Source: Candidatus Zixiibacteriota bacterium (GTDB lineage: Bacteria; Zixibacteria; MSB-5A5; UBA10806; 4484-95). Taken from it: a stretch of DNA of 64,000 nucleotides. Positions 1 through 9,296 of the stretch are shown piece by piece. How positions within the stretch are numbered: position 1 is the stretch's first letter; each line of letters starts with the position of its first letter. Under the pieces are notes generated by a model. The model worked only from the letters and a program-made list of their open reading frames with translations. It had not been told where the DNA came from and did no database searches. The stretch covers positions 130,575 through 194,574 of the forward strand of contig JBBIRK010000007.1 in NCBI GenBank assembly GCA_037441845.1, read 5' to 3'. The position numbers and the translations under genes are program-made.

Positions 1-214
1 GGATTTCCCGAAGTTTGCTGCGAGGAACCGTAGTCGTATCGGCTAAGTTCATCACCATACCGACCACCAATCTTCCCCGCAACGGTACCACCACCGGCGT
101 TCCGACATTCAGATTTCCGGTGAGCGCCCGGGGAACCAGGTAAGTGAAATTACCCGGCCCGGTATTGGGTATCGCTACTTCAGCATACACTTTCGATTTT
201 GATGGCGATCGCAA
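1..214 (-). CDS. priA: Primosomal protein N' (PriA), 5' part, runs off the window edge
   Basis: Own translation of the minus strand: VYAEVAIPNTGPGNFTYLVP...VGTPVVVPLRGRLVVGMVM...KLREI, matching the PriA N-terminal 3'-DNA-binding domain. Start is TTG 214 or GTG 190. Confidence 0.75.
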   Translation of the reverse strand, partial: MRSPSKSKVYAEVAIPNTGPGNFTYLVPRALTGNLNVGTPVVVPLRGRLVVGMVMNLADTTTVPRSKLREI

Positions 215-377
215 ACGTTATTTTCGGAATCGTCGCGATATTTGCATAAAATCAATCGGCGGCCCGGCTGCTGACCAGCGCCGATGCCGCCCTTAAGCGA
301 TTCGACCGTTGTCGTCAACGGTAATTTTTCAATTTTCCGTCATTCACATTCCGATATGACGTGATATAGAGTCCCGG

Positions 378-1418
378 CTACTTGCCTGCCTTGCAATTCT
401 CATATTTGGCGAAAGCGGCCTGGGCTTCTTTTTGCATCTTCAATCTCAAATAGGTCTGCGATAACAAGTCCCAGCCTTCGCAGTTGGTCGGATTGGCCTC
501 GGTGAATTTCTCCAGCATGACGCGGGCATCATCGAGGCGGCCGCATTGTATCAGCGAAAGCGCATAATTGATCTTGGCCTCGTTGTCTTGAGGAATCAAC
601 TCCACCACGTGCCCGAACGCATCGGCGGCCTTGCAATAGTCTTTTCTCTGGAAATACATAAGGCCGATATTGAACCATCCGTCAGGATTGCTGGAGTCGA
701 GACCGAGCGCCTTTTCGTAATCTTGCAGCGCTCGAGCGGTGTCATTGGCGACCATGGCCAGTTTGCCCAACTGAAAATAAACATCCGCATTCGTCGGGTC
801 GCGCTTTATTATCCGATAATAGGCCGACTCGGCCTGCGGGTATTTCTGGAAATCGATGCACATGGTTGCGAAATTCTCGAGCACGACCATTGAATCGGGA
901 GCCAATTCGTACGCATGATAGCTTAAATTGTAGGCTTCCTCTTTATTGCCCAACTGATGAGCCATGACCGCGGCGTTGATATACGACTCGTAGCGGGCGG
1001 GCCAGACGATACCGCTGTTTTTAAAAGATACGAGGGCGGCTTCGAGCTCCTGATTATTAGCCTGAGCTTTGCCTTTTTCGAACAGGTCTTTCCAAGTGAT
1101 CTGGCGCAAATAATCGTTATCCGCTTTCAGTTTGGGCGCCAGCGAATCGGATTTGTCGAGAGCATCGGCCAGTTCCTGATATTTCCCCTCGATCAAATAA
1201 AGCCTGGCCAGATATTGATAAACTTCGCCGTTGTTGGGATACTTGGCAACGGCTTCCTGGAGATTATGCCTTACGCGCTCGATATCCGGATTGGCCCGCG
1301 GCTTTTTCATCGTTCCCATCTCGATCTTGACCGTACGCAGCTCTTTGGGCGCGCATCCTATGAAAACCAGGCCGGCGATCAAGCCCACGGCCAATAACGC
1401 GTTGATCAACCTATTCAT
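378..1418 (-). CDS. TPR-repeat lipoprotein
   Basis: GGAGG before ATG 1418; signal peptide with lipobox LVFIG-C; many TPR units (e.g. ADVYFQLGKLA...ALQDYEKAL.LD..NPDGWFNIG). Confidence 0.85.
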   Translation of the reverse strand: MNRLINALLAVGLIAGLVFIGCAPKELRTVKIEMGTMKKPRANPDIERVRHNLQEAVAKYPNNGEVYQYLARLYLIEGKYQELADALDKSDSLAPKLKADNDYLRQITWKDLFEKGKAQANNQELEAALVSFKNSGIVWPARYESYINAAVMAHQLGNKEEAYNLSYHAYELAPDSMVVLENFATMCIDFQKYPQAESAYYRIIKRDPTNADVYFQLGKLAMVANDTARALQDYEKALGLDSSNPDGWFNIGLMYFQRKDYCKAADAFGHVVELIPQDNEAKINYALSLIQCGRLDDARVMLEKFTEANPTNCEGWDLLSQTYLRLKMQKEAQAAFAKYENCKAGK

Positions 1419-1431
1419 CATTCCTCCACCA

Positions 1432-2811
1432 TTAGTTGTATTGAATCGAATAAGACAGCGTCGTCTCGCCCTCTGCGGGCACATTTACTTCAAATTCAAT
1501 CCGATAATTGTCGACTTTCCTGAACGGCAGACTGCTTTTCACGATTTTCCATTCCCGCCATCCCTGAGGATGCTCGACAACTTTAACGACTATATCCTCT
1601 TTTTTATGGTTTTTCAAGCCTATTTCGTAGGTCTCGCGGAAATAATATCCCTGAGCGCCCAGGTCTTCTCGACTGACCAGTTTTCGCGTTCCCGTGATAT
1701 CGAAGGCATCGCCCAGATACACCCTGACCATTTCGTCTTTGGGCGTATGATCTATCATATCCTCACCGATAAATTGAAGCGCGCCTTTGGAGTCGGCCTT
1801 ATAGACGCGGATAGCGCCTTTCGGCAACGGAATCCCGAGACCGGCCTTTGACGAATTTTCGAATTCGAGATATGTTTTTATTTTGAACCGATCGTCGCTT
1901 CCTCTGCGGTAATATCCGGTCGCATCGGCGATAAAAACCTTTTGCGCCTTGGTTCGGGTGGGAGAGACCAGCGTTAATTGTTTAATCTCTCGGTCGTTAA
2001 TCGTCGCTTTGCGCTCGAGCGTGTAGAGATGATATTCGAAAAACTCTTCTTCGGCGAAAGCCGCTCCCATGAGAACATCCGCTTTGCGCATGACCTCGTA
2101 GTCGGGCACACCCTTGGCGGTCGGCAGGCGATGAACATCCCCGGCCACCAATTTCAAAGTCGCATCCTCGAAACTCGAGCCGCATTGGTTGTTGATAGTC
2201 ACCCAACCGGACAAGTCGATATGGCTCTCGTCGTCGGCGACGACCGCCACGTAGTCGGCCGCCCAGCTGATGCCGTTGGTTAGATAGCTGACTTCGCAGC
2301 GGCGTTTTCCTGCCGAATTCGCATTCAAGAGCCAACGCAATGACGGCTTGATATAGAGCCCCTCGGGCAACGACGGAAACTTATAATCGGCGATTTTGGC
2401 AGCGGCCACTACCGCCACCTCGCCGTCGGGCGATCGCAGAATAATGCTCTTGCCGTCGGCCGACAGCAGCTCCCCGGAGTAGCGCCGGTCATCTTCGCCC
2501 ACCAGAGTGATGTTCTTGCCCAAATACCGGTTCAGCAAAGCCTCGGTCGATACCAGATCATAGGCGAAGTTTTGCTCGATGATTTTGGCGGAATTATCAT
2601 CGAGGCAGTTGAAATTCACGCTTTGCGGAATAATCCGCGAGGCCACGTCGTCGAAATTTATTCTGGTAGTACCCTTATCGATGCTGATATCTCTTATTTC
2701 GCGGACAAGCCCGAGATCCTCGTTATAAACCGTTAAATAAACCTCTGCGGATACCCCGAGGCAAAACAACGGTATTAAGAAGGCCGTCAAGGCGATTATC
2801 GATTTTCGCAT
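1432..2811 (-). CDS. Exported DUF4139-family protein
   Basis: Sec signal; family motifs LTVYNEDLGLVRE, EQNFAYDL, SYLT.GISW.ADY, LKLVAGDV, GIPLPKG.IRVY, IDHTPKDE. Confidence 0.85.
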   Translation of the reverse strand: MRKSIIALTAFLIPLFCLGVSAEVYLTVYNEDLGLVREIRDISIDKGTTRINFDDVASRIIPQSVNFNCLDDNSAKIIEQNFAYDLVSTEALLNRYLGKNITLVGEDDRRYSGELLSADGKSIILRSPDGEVAVVAAAKIADYKFPSLPEGLYIKPSLRWLLNANSAGKRRCEVSYLTNGISWAADYVAVVADDESHIDLSGWVTINNQCGSSFEDATLKLVAGDVHRLPTAKGVPDYEVMRKADVLMGAAFAEEEFFEYHLYTLERKATINDREIKQLTLVSPTRTKAQKVFIADATGYYRRGSDDRFKIKTYLEFENSSKAGLGIPLPKGAIRVYKADSKGALQFIGEDMIDHTPKDEMVRVYLGDAFDITGTRKLVSREDLGAQGYYFRETYEIGLKNHKKEDIVVKVVEHPQGWREWKIVKSSLPFRKVDNYRIEFEVNVPAEGETTLSYSIQYN

Positions 2812-2889
2812 AATGCTCCTTGCAATTTAATTCCGATCTAGAATCCTGCTCCGATTTTTCGTCATACGCAATATTTATCGTCAACGGGC

Positions 2890-3624
2890 TCAGGGCAATC
2901 TTTTTTTGAGAACTGCGATATATTGTGGTCCGTTCGATTCGATGAGGCGGCTGATCATCCAACCGGTATCGGAGACGATCCGGGACATCTCCTCTGGTGA
3001 AACGAATAGGTATTCGAACCAAGGGGTAACGAATCGCTTGTGGCGCACCCGCAGACGAAGCTGTCCGGGCAGCTTTCCCTCCTTCAAGTTCTTTCGCTGG
3101 TAATCGAGATGTTCTTTTATGTGGGTCGCCGCCGGATTCACCGTTTCGGCTAAGATTCTCGCATTGGGCGTCGTCATCCCGAAAAGTCTTTTGAAGATAC
3201 GACGGGCACGTAGGGGGTTTCCGACCAGCCCGAAATTATTGCCGAACATGATCACCGTGTCGAAAATTCCGATCCGCCGCGAAATCTGCATGATCGAAAG
3301 CGGTTTCACCTGGGAGGCCCCCCTTCTTCGACATACCTCGAGCGCCAGCGGAGAAACATCGATACCGAGAACATCGAACCCGCGTTTTTGCAGATGGAGC
3401 AACACGCGACCGGCGCCGCAGCCGATATCGAGCACCTTTCCGCGGACGAACCGCATCGATTTCTTTTCGATATCAGGCCAGCGCCGGTAATCGGCGAAAT
3501 AGGAACGGCCGACGTCGCTCGAATCGAAATAGCCGTCGTCCCGCTCGATTATTTCCCACGAATAGCCATAAGTAAGATAATCGAGCATCTCATGCCCGAA
3601 TGCATCCTGATGATTCTTAATCAT
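2890..3624 (-). CDS. Class I SAM-dependent methyltransferase
   Basis: VLDIGCGAG motif I, GIDVSP, FDTVIMFGNNFG; N-terminal EIIERDDGY. Confidence 0.85.
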   Translation of the reverse strand: MIKNHQDAFGHEMLDYLTYGYSWEIIERDDGYFDSSDVGRSYFADYRRWPDIEKKSMRFVRGKVLDIGCGAGRVLLHLQKRGFDVLGIDVSPLALEVCRRRGASQVKPLSIMQISRRIGIFDTVIMFGNNFGLVGNPLRARRIFKRLFGMTTPNARILAETVNPAATHIKEHLDYQRKNLKEGKLPGQLRLRVRHKRFVTPWFEYLFVSPEEMSRIVSDTGWMISRLIESNGPQYIAVLKKRLP

Positions 3625-3685
3625 AGAGGATACGGCTCTTTCTCATGATAACCAGCCGGGCGATAGTTGGATTTCACGATTAACA

Positions 3686-3714
3686 ATAATAAGATTACGA
3701 TTCGCAAAAGGCAA
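3686..3714 (-). promoter_or_regulatory. Putative sigma70 promoter of the methyltransferase
   Basis: TTGCCT-17nt-TATTAT on the minus strand. Confidence 0.45.
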
Positions 3715-3798
3715 AAGCTTTATGCGCAATCAAGCTTCGGAAAAAAGACTGGAAGATGAATCAGGGCGTCGATTGGAGGGTTGATTTCGTTTTTACGA

Positions 3799-6462
3799 TT
3801 ACCAGCCGGTCAAACTCTCAAGATTTTTATTCAGCTTTTCGATAATTTGATCGGTCTTTTTGAGCTTTTCTTTTTCGGTTTCGATTATTTCGGCCGGGGC
3901 ATTGGCCATAAAATCGGAGTTGTTGAGCTTTTTTTGTATCTTTTCGAGATAAGCGCGTTTTTGCTCGAGTTCCTTTTCCAGCCGGGCTCTTTCCTGCTCG
4001 ATATCGATCAAACCCTCGAGCGGGATAAAAATCTCCGCGCCCGGAATCACCGCCGATGCCGAAAGCGGCGGTTTTGCCATCTCGATCGATGCCAGCACCT
4101 CGCCCGAGTGGGCCAGATTTTTGACCTCTTCTTTATGATCGTTCAGCATCCGGGCCGTATCCGGGTTTTCGCATCGGACGAGAACGCGGGGCTTTTTCGA
4201 TGGCGGCACGTCGAGGTCGCTGCAGGCGGCTCTGACCGCCTCAGCCAGGCGGATTATGGTCCCCACGTCTTCCTCGAGTTGCTGGTTTATATAGCGAAGC
4301 GGCATTTCCGGCCAGGGTTGTGTGGAGATGCTGCTTTGCGCTTGATCTTCCAGTAACAGTTTCCATATGGCCTCGGTTATGAACGGCATGAACGGATGCA
4401 GCATCTTGAGAATGCTAAGCAGCACGAAAGAGGCGCATTCTCGGGCGACCTGAGCCGATCCGGCAGCGGCGTCCCGCTTATCGGCAAGGCGAGGCTTGAT
4501 CATTTCCAGATAATTGCTGCAATAGTCGTTCCAGGCGAAATCGTATGCCGCCTTGGCTGCGGTGGAAAAACGGAATCCCGAAAGATAATTATTGATCAAA
4601 CCGAGGGTTCTGGTAAGTCGGGAAAGTATCCAGCGATCGGGCATCTCGAGCGATTCGTCATCGAGCTTCATATCGGCGCGTATTTTATAGTCGCCCAGAT
4701 TCATTCTGACGAAACGGGATGCGCTCCAAAGTTTGTTTGCGAAATTGCGCCCTATCTCGAAAGTTTTTTCGGATATCGAGGGGTCCTGTCCCTCCGGCGT
4801 GACCAGCATCAGCGATGCCCGCAGGGCGTCCGCACCGTAATTTTTAATTATCAACAACGGGTCAATCCCGTTACCTAACGATTTCGACATCTTGATCCCG
4901 TTGGCGTCGCGCACCGTGCCGTGGATATAAACATCGCTGAATGGCTCAACCCCCATAAACTCATACGATGCCATCACCATGCGCGCCACCCAGAGGTAAA
5001 TTATCTCGGAGGCGGTGAACAATGCGCGGGTGGGGAAAAATTTTTCGAGTTCCGGCGTTTTATCGGGCCAACCAAAAGTCGAAAACGGCCACAACCAGGA
5101 GGAAAACCAGGTGTCGAGCACATCTTCGTCCTGATCGATATGGCCGCCGCCGCATCCGGGGCAAGTCGATGGTCGCGCGCCGGCAACCGTGATCTGATTG
5201 CAGTCGCGACAGTAGTAAACGGGAATACGGTGGCCCCACCAGAGCTGGCGCGATATGCACCAATCGCGGACATTTTCCAGCCAATGAAGATAGGTCTTCA
5301 CCCAATGTTCGGGATGGAATCTCAATTTGCCTGAACGGACCGCGGCAATCGCCGGCTCGGCAAGCGGTTTCATTTTCACGAACCATTGCAGCGATAAGAA
5401 CGGCTCCACCACCGCTCCGCAACGATAACAAGTGCCCGATATCAACTGGTAATTTTCGATTTTGAGCAGATAGCCTTTTTGTTTCAGCTCCTCGACAAGT
5501 TTCTGTCGTGCGTCAAGCCGGTCGAGCCCGGAGTATTTGCCGGCGTTATCGTTAAGCGTTCCGTCTCGGTTCAAGATGTTGATTTTCTCGAGATTATGCC
5601 GCTGCGCCACCTCGAAATCGTTGGGATCGTGAGCGGGAGTTATCTTGACTACCCCGGTGCCGAATTGGGGGTCCACGTAGTTGTCGGCTATGATCCGCAG
5701 CTGACGATCCAGAATAGGCAATATGGCCGTCTGCCCGATATACTGCTTATAGCGCTCGTCCTCCGGATTCACCGCCAGCGCGGTGTCGCCGAGCATCGTC
5801 TCCGGCCGGGTGGTTGCGACCGCCAAATATTCATCGCGGCCTTTCAATTTATACCTGATATAATAAAGAAAAGAATCGACCTCTTCGCGCTCGACCTCAT
5901 CGTCGGACAACGTCGTCAGACAATCGGGGCACCAATTGACTATCCGCTCGCCGCGATAGATCAAACCCTTATTATAAAGCCGGACGAAAACCTCGGTGAC
6001 TGCGCGTGAAAGCCCCTCATCCATAGTAAATCTGGTGCGGGACCAATCACAGCTGCAACCGATCTTGCGTAACTGATTTATGATCTGCGGGAATTTTTCT
6101 TCTTTCCATTTCCAGACCCTCGCGACGAATTTTTCCCGACCCAGATCATGCCGCGACAACCCTTCTCTGGCCAGATTTTTTTCGACCACGACCTGAGTGG
6201 CTATTCCGGCGTGATCAACCCCGGGCAGCCACTCGGTCTCGAACCCCTGCATCCGTTTCCAGCGGATAAGCACATCCTGAAGCGTATTGTTCAGAGCATG
6301 TCCGAGATGCAGAACATCCGTTACATTCGGCGGAGGAATCACCACCGAAAACGGTTTCTTTTTGCTGCTCGGATCGCCCACGAATATCCCCTTGGCCAGC
6401 CATTCTTCGTAAATGGCGTTCTCGAATTGAGCGGGGTCGTATGCTTTGGGAATTTCAGCCAT
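3799..6462 (-). CDS. valS: Valine--tRNA ligase
   Basis: PPPNVT..LHLGH (HIGH), GVDHAGIATQ, ATTRPETMLGD, DWCISRQLWWGHRIP, KMSKS, C-terminal coiled coil. Confidence 0.98.
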   Translation of the reverse strand: MAEIPKAYDPAQFENAIYEEWLAKGIFVGDPSSKKKPFSVVIPPPNVTDVLHLGHALNNTLQDVLIRWKRMQGFETEWLPGVDHAGIATQVVVEKNLAREGLSRHDLGREKFVARVWKWKEEKFPQIINQLRKIGCSCDWSRTRFTMDEGLSRAVTEVFVRLYNKGLIYRGERIVNWCPDCLTTLSDDEVEREEVDSFLYYIRYKLKGRDEYLAVATTRPETMLGDTALAVNPEDERYKQYIGQTAILPILDRQLRIIADNYVDPQFGTGVVKITPAHDPNDFEVAQRHNLEKINILNRDGTLNDNAGKYSGLDRLDARQKLVEELKQKGYLLKIENYQLISGTCYRCGAVVEPFLSLQWFVKMKPLAEPAIAAVRSGKLRFHPEHWVKTYLHWLENVRDWCISRQLWWGHRIPVYYCRDCNQITVAGARPSTCPGCGGGHIDQDEDVLDTWFSSWLWPFSTFGWPDKTPELEKFFPTRALFTASEIIYLWVARMVMASYEFMGVEPFSDVYIHGTVRDANGIKMSKSLGNGIDPLLIIKNYGADALRASLMLVTPEGQDPSISEKTFEIGRNFANKLWSASRFVRMNLGDYKIRADMKLDDESLEMPDRWILSRLTRTLGLINNYLSGFRFSTAAKAAYDFAWNDYCSNYLEMIKPRLADKRDAAAGSAQVARECASFVLLSILKMLHPFMPFITEAIWKLLLEDQAQSSISTQPWPEMPLRYINQQLEEDVGTIIRLAEAVRAACSDLDVPPSKKPRVLVRCENPDTARMLNDHKEEVKNLAHSGEVLASIEMAKPPLSASAVIPGAEIFIPLEGLIDIEQERARLEKELEQKRAYLEKIQKKLNNSDFMANAPAEIIETEKEKLKKTDQIIEKLNKNLESLTGW

Positions 6463-6487
6463 CATCTTGCCTTTCGACAAGTTTATT

Positions 6488-6516
6488 AAAATAGAAACCC
6501 GGCCTCCCGATGTCAA
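6488..6516 (-). promoter_or_regulatory. Putative sigma70 promoter of valS
   Basis: TTGACA-17nt-TATTTT on the minus strand. Confidence 0.55.
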
Positions 6517-6683
6517 GCCAATCTCTGATTGCTCTTATCGGGAATAATTCGATTCGAATTACGCCGGACGAGATGAAATATCGATTTCCCCCGGCGCCGT
6601 TTACCGTTTCTCACAATATCTATGGCAATTTCGCCGCCCTCGATATAGATTCAAACGGAATAATCCGCGATAAGGAGGCCTCG

Positions 6684-7646
6684 ATGGACAGACGGGCGTT
6701 TATCAAGGAAAGTATCAAGGCAGCAGCGGCGATCACCCTTACCACCGGGGGCGTCCTTATTCTCGGAACAAGAAAAAGCGGTAAGGCGACGGCGGGCGGC
6801 AAAAGTTTCGCGCCCAAAGATTACCGCGTACCCGACAATCCGAGTCTGCCTTTGCTGGCGGCGATCAAATCCGAATCTTATTCTATCGCGGTCGCCGAGG
6901 CGGTCCTCGCACTCGGAGGCATGGAAAGGTTCGTAGCCAAAGGCGATCGAGTCTTCGTCAAGCCGAATATCGGCTGGGATAGAACGCCCGAGCAGGGCGC
7001 AAATACCAATCCGGAAATCGTGGCCGAAATATGTAGGCTGTGCCATAAGGCCGGCGCCGAAGAAGTGATAGTCGGCGATGTGACCTGCAACTCCCCCGAG
7101 AGAACCTACAATCGTTCCGGGATAAAAGAGGCGGCCGCAAAACAGGGCGCTTCGGTCGTGTTGATCACCGAAAGCGAACTGATGGAAGTCGATTTCGGCG
7201 ACGAAAGCTTGGGCCGCTGGCCGATCATCCGAAAAATAATCGAATGCGACAAGTTGATCAATGTCCCGGTGGTCAAGCATCATTCGCTCTCGGGAATGAC
7301 GGCCGGTATGAAAAACTGGTTCGGCGCTTTGGCAGGCCCGCGGAATAAATTGCACCAGAATATCGATTTCAGTATCGCCGAACTTGCCCGGCTGTTCAAA
7401 CCGACGCTGACTATCCAGGATGCCACTCGGGTGATGCAGAAAGGCGGACCCACCGGCGGCCGGCCCGATGATTTGGTCGCCTATCATTCGGTGGTGGTTT
7501 CGACCGATCCTGTGGCGGCCGAGTCCTATGTCTGCCGGTATTTGAACAAAAAACCCGACGATTTTCGATTTATCAAACTTGCCGCCGATCGGGGCTTGGG
7601 CGACATGAACCCGCCCGGCGGCAGGACCGTCGTCAGGGAAATTTGA
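6684..7646 (+). CDS. Tat-exported DUF362 family protein
   Basis: AAGGAGG then ATG 6684; MDRRAFIK twin-arginine signal; VFVKPN, ANTNP, INVPVVKHH, GMKNWFG, DPVAAE motifs. Confidence 0.85.
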   Translation: MDRRAFIKESIKAAAAITLTTGGVLILGTRKSGKATAGGKSFAPKDYRVPDNPSLPLLAAIKSESYSIAVAEAVLALGGMERFVAKGDRVFVKPNIGWDRTPEQGANTNPEIVAEICRLCHKAGAEEVIVGDVTCNSPERTYNRSGIKEAAAKQGASVVLITESELMEVDFGDESLGRWPIIRKIIECDKLINVPVVKHHSLSGMTAGMKNWFGALAGPRNKLHQNIDFSIAELARLFKPTLTIQDATRVMQKGGPTGGRPDDLVAYHSVVVSTDPVAAESYVCRYLNKKPDDFRFIKLAADRGLGDMNPPGGRTVVREI

Positions 7647-7665
7647 CAATAAAGCAGGATAACGG

Positions 7666-9285
7666 ATGCGTCGGCTCGTCAAGCTGAGGATTTTCACTCA
7701 GGCTCTTTTTTTCTGCTTTTTCGTCTGGTTGATATTCACTACACAATACAGTTACGACCGGAACTCCGCAGAGGCGTCCGGCTGGCTGAAATTATTTTTC
7801 GATTTGAATCCGCTAAATCTAATCGGGGTCGCCGTAACGGCGGGAATAATCTATAAGACCCTTGCGCTCGGATTTATTTTGGTCGTCCTGACCATTATTT
7901 TCGGTCGTTTTTTTTGCGGCTGGGTTTGTCCGCTCGGTTCGCTGAATAATTTTTTCTCGTCATTCAAACCTGAAAGTTCGGGGAAATCACTGCTGACGCG
8001 TAACATCTATAAACCTTACCAAAAACTAAAATACTATTTTCTGTTTTTTTTCGCGGGAACGGCAATTCTCGGAAGTCTGCAGACCGGCCTGCTGGATCCG
8101 ATATCCTTGATCGCCCGCTCGATAGGGCTGGTCGTTTTTCCCGCCATGTTTTTGCTTTTGAGGATGCTTTTCGGCTGGTTTTTCGACTCCGGCGTTGCGG
8201 TACTGGCATTTTTCGGTGATCGGCTTTTTCGACTATCCGAGGCGCTTTTTCTCCCCCAAAAGCAACCGCTTTACAACGGCATATTCTGGCTGGCGCTGAT
8301 ACTGGCGGTGGTGATTGCGGGTAATCGTCTTTACACCCGTTTCTGGTGCCGGGCGGTATGCCCGCTCGGCGCATTGCTCGGCATTTTCGCTGGTTTTTCC
8401 ATTTTCGGCCTGAAAAAAGATGTTTCGAAATGCGATGATTGCGGCAAATGTCTTCTGCGCTGTCAGGGCGCCGATAATCCGCATCGGCAATTGCCGCACC
8501 GGCGAAGCGAATGTCATGTGTGCCTGAACTGCCTTGAGGCCTGCCCCAACGATGCTTTGAGTTTCGGCTTTTTCGCCGTCGATTCACCGGTGATAAAAGG
8601 TCCCGATCTTTCCCGGCGAAAACTGATCTTCAGCGGTATCGCCGGAGCGGCGGCCATCCCCATTTTGCGCAGCGGCCTTGACAAGAGCCGTCATATAAAT
8701 CAAAGCCTGATTCGTCCTCCTGGGGCGCTGCCCGAAACCGAGTTCTTGGCGCGATGTATCCGCTGCGGCCAGTGCATGAAAATATGCCCGACGAATGCCT
8801 TACACCCGGCGATTCTCGAAGCCGGCTGGGAGGGAATTTTCAGCCCGGTGCTGATCCCCGCGATCGGTTATTGCGAACACACCTGCATCTTATGCGGTCA
8901 CAGCTGCCCGACCGGCGCTATAAAACAATTGACCCAGATCGAAAAGACGGGGAATGAAGAAATCCCTCCGGTGCGGATCGGCACCGCTTTTATCGACCGC
9001 GGCCGCTGCCTTCCCTGGGCTTTCGGAAAAGAATGTATCGTTTGCGAGGAGTGGTGCCCCACATCGCCCAAAGCGATAAGGCTCGAGCCGGTCGAGCAAA
9101 TTTGGCCCGACGGTAGGCAGGTGAAATTGCGTCGGCCCTATGTCATTGCCGAGGAGTGTATCGGCTGCGGCGCGTGCGAATATGCCTGCCCGGTACAGGG
9201 AGATAAAGCGATTTACGTGAGTTCGGTCGGGGAAAGCCGTAATCCCAAAAACGAGATGTTGATGCATCGCCCCAGATATCAATAA
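7666..9285 (+). CDS. Membrane polyferredoxin (NapH/MauN-like membrane part fused to NapG/MauM-like 4Fe-4S domain)
   Basis: GRFFCGWVCPLG and RFWCRAVCPLG motifs, TM helices, several CxxCxxCxxxCP clusters, IRPPGA and internal SRRKL. Confidence 0.88.
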   Translation: MRRLVKLRIFTQALFFCFFVWLIFTTQYSYDRNSAEASGWLKLFFDLNPLNLIGVAVTAGIIYKTLALGFILVVLTIIFGRFFCGWVCPLGSLNNFFSSFKPESSGKSLLTRNIYKPYQKLKYYFLFFFAGTAILGSLQTGLLDPISLIARSIGLVVFPAMFLLLRMLFGWFFDSGVAVLAFFGDRLFRLSEALFLPQKQPLYNGIFWLALILAVVIAGNRLYTRFWCRAVCPLGALLGIFAGFSIFGLKKDVSKCDDCGKCLLRCQGADNPHRQLPHRRSECHVCLNCLEACPNDALSFGFFAVDSPVIKGPDLSRRKLIFSGIAGAAAIPILRSGLDKSRHINQSLIRPPGALPETEFLARCIRCGQCMKICPTNALHPAILEAGWEGIFSPVLIPAIGYCEHTCILCGHSCPTGAIKQLTQIEKTGNEEIPPVRIGTAFIDRGRCLPWAFGKECIVCEEWCPTSPKAIRLEPVEQIWPDGRQVKLRRPYVIAEECIGCGACEYACPVQGDKAIYVSSVGESRNPKNEMLMHRPRYQ

Positions 9286-9296
9286 CCGAATACAAA

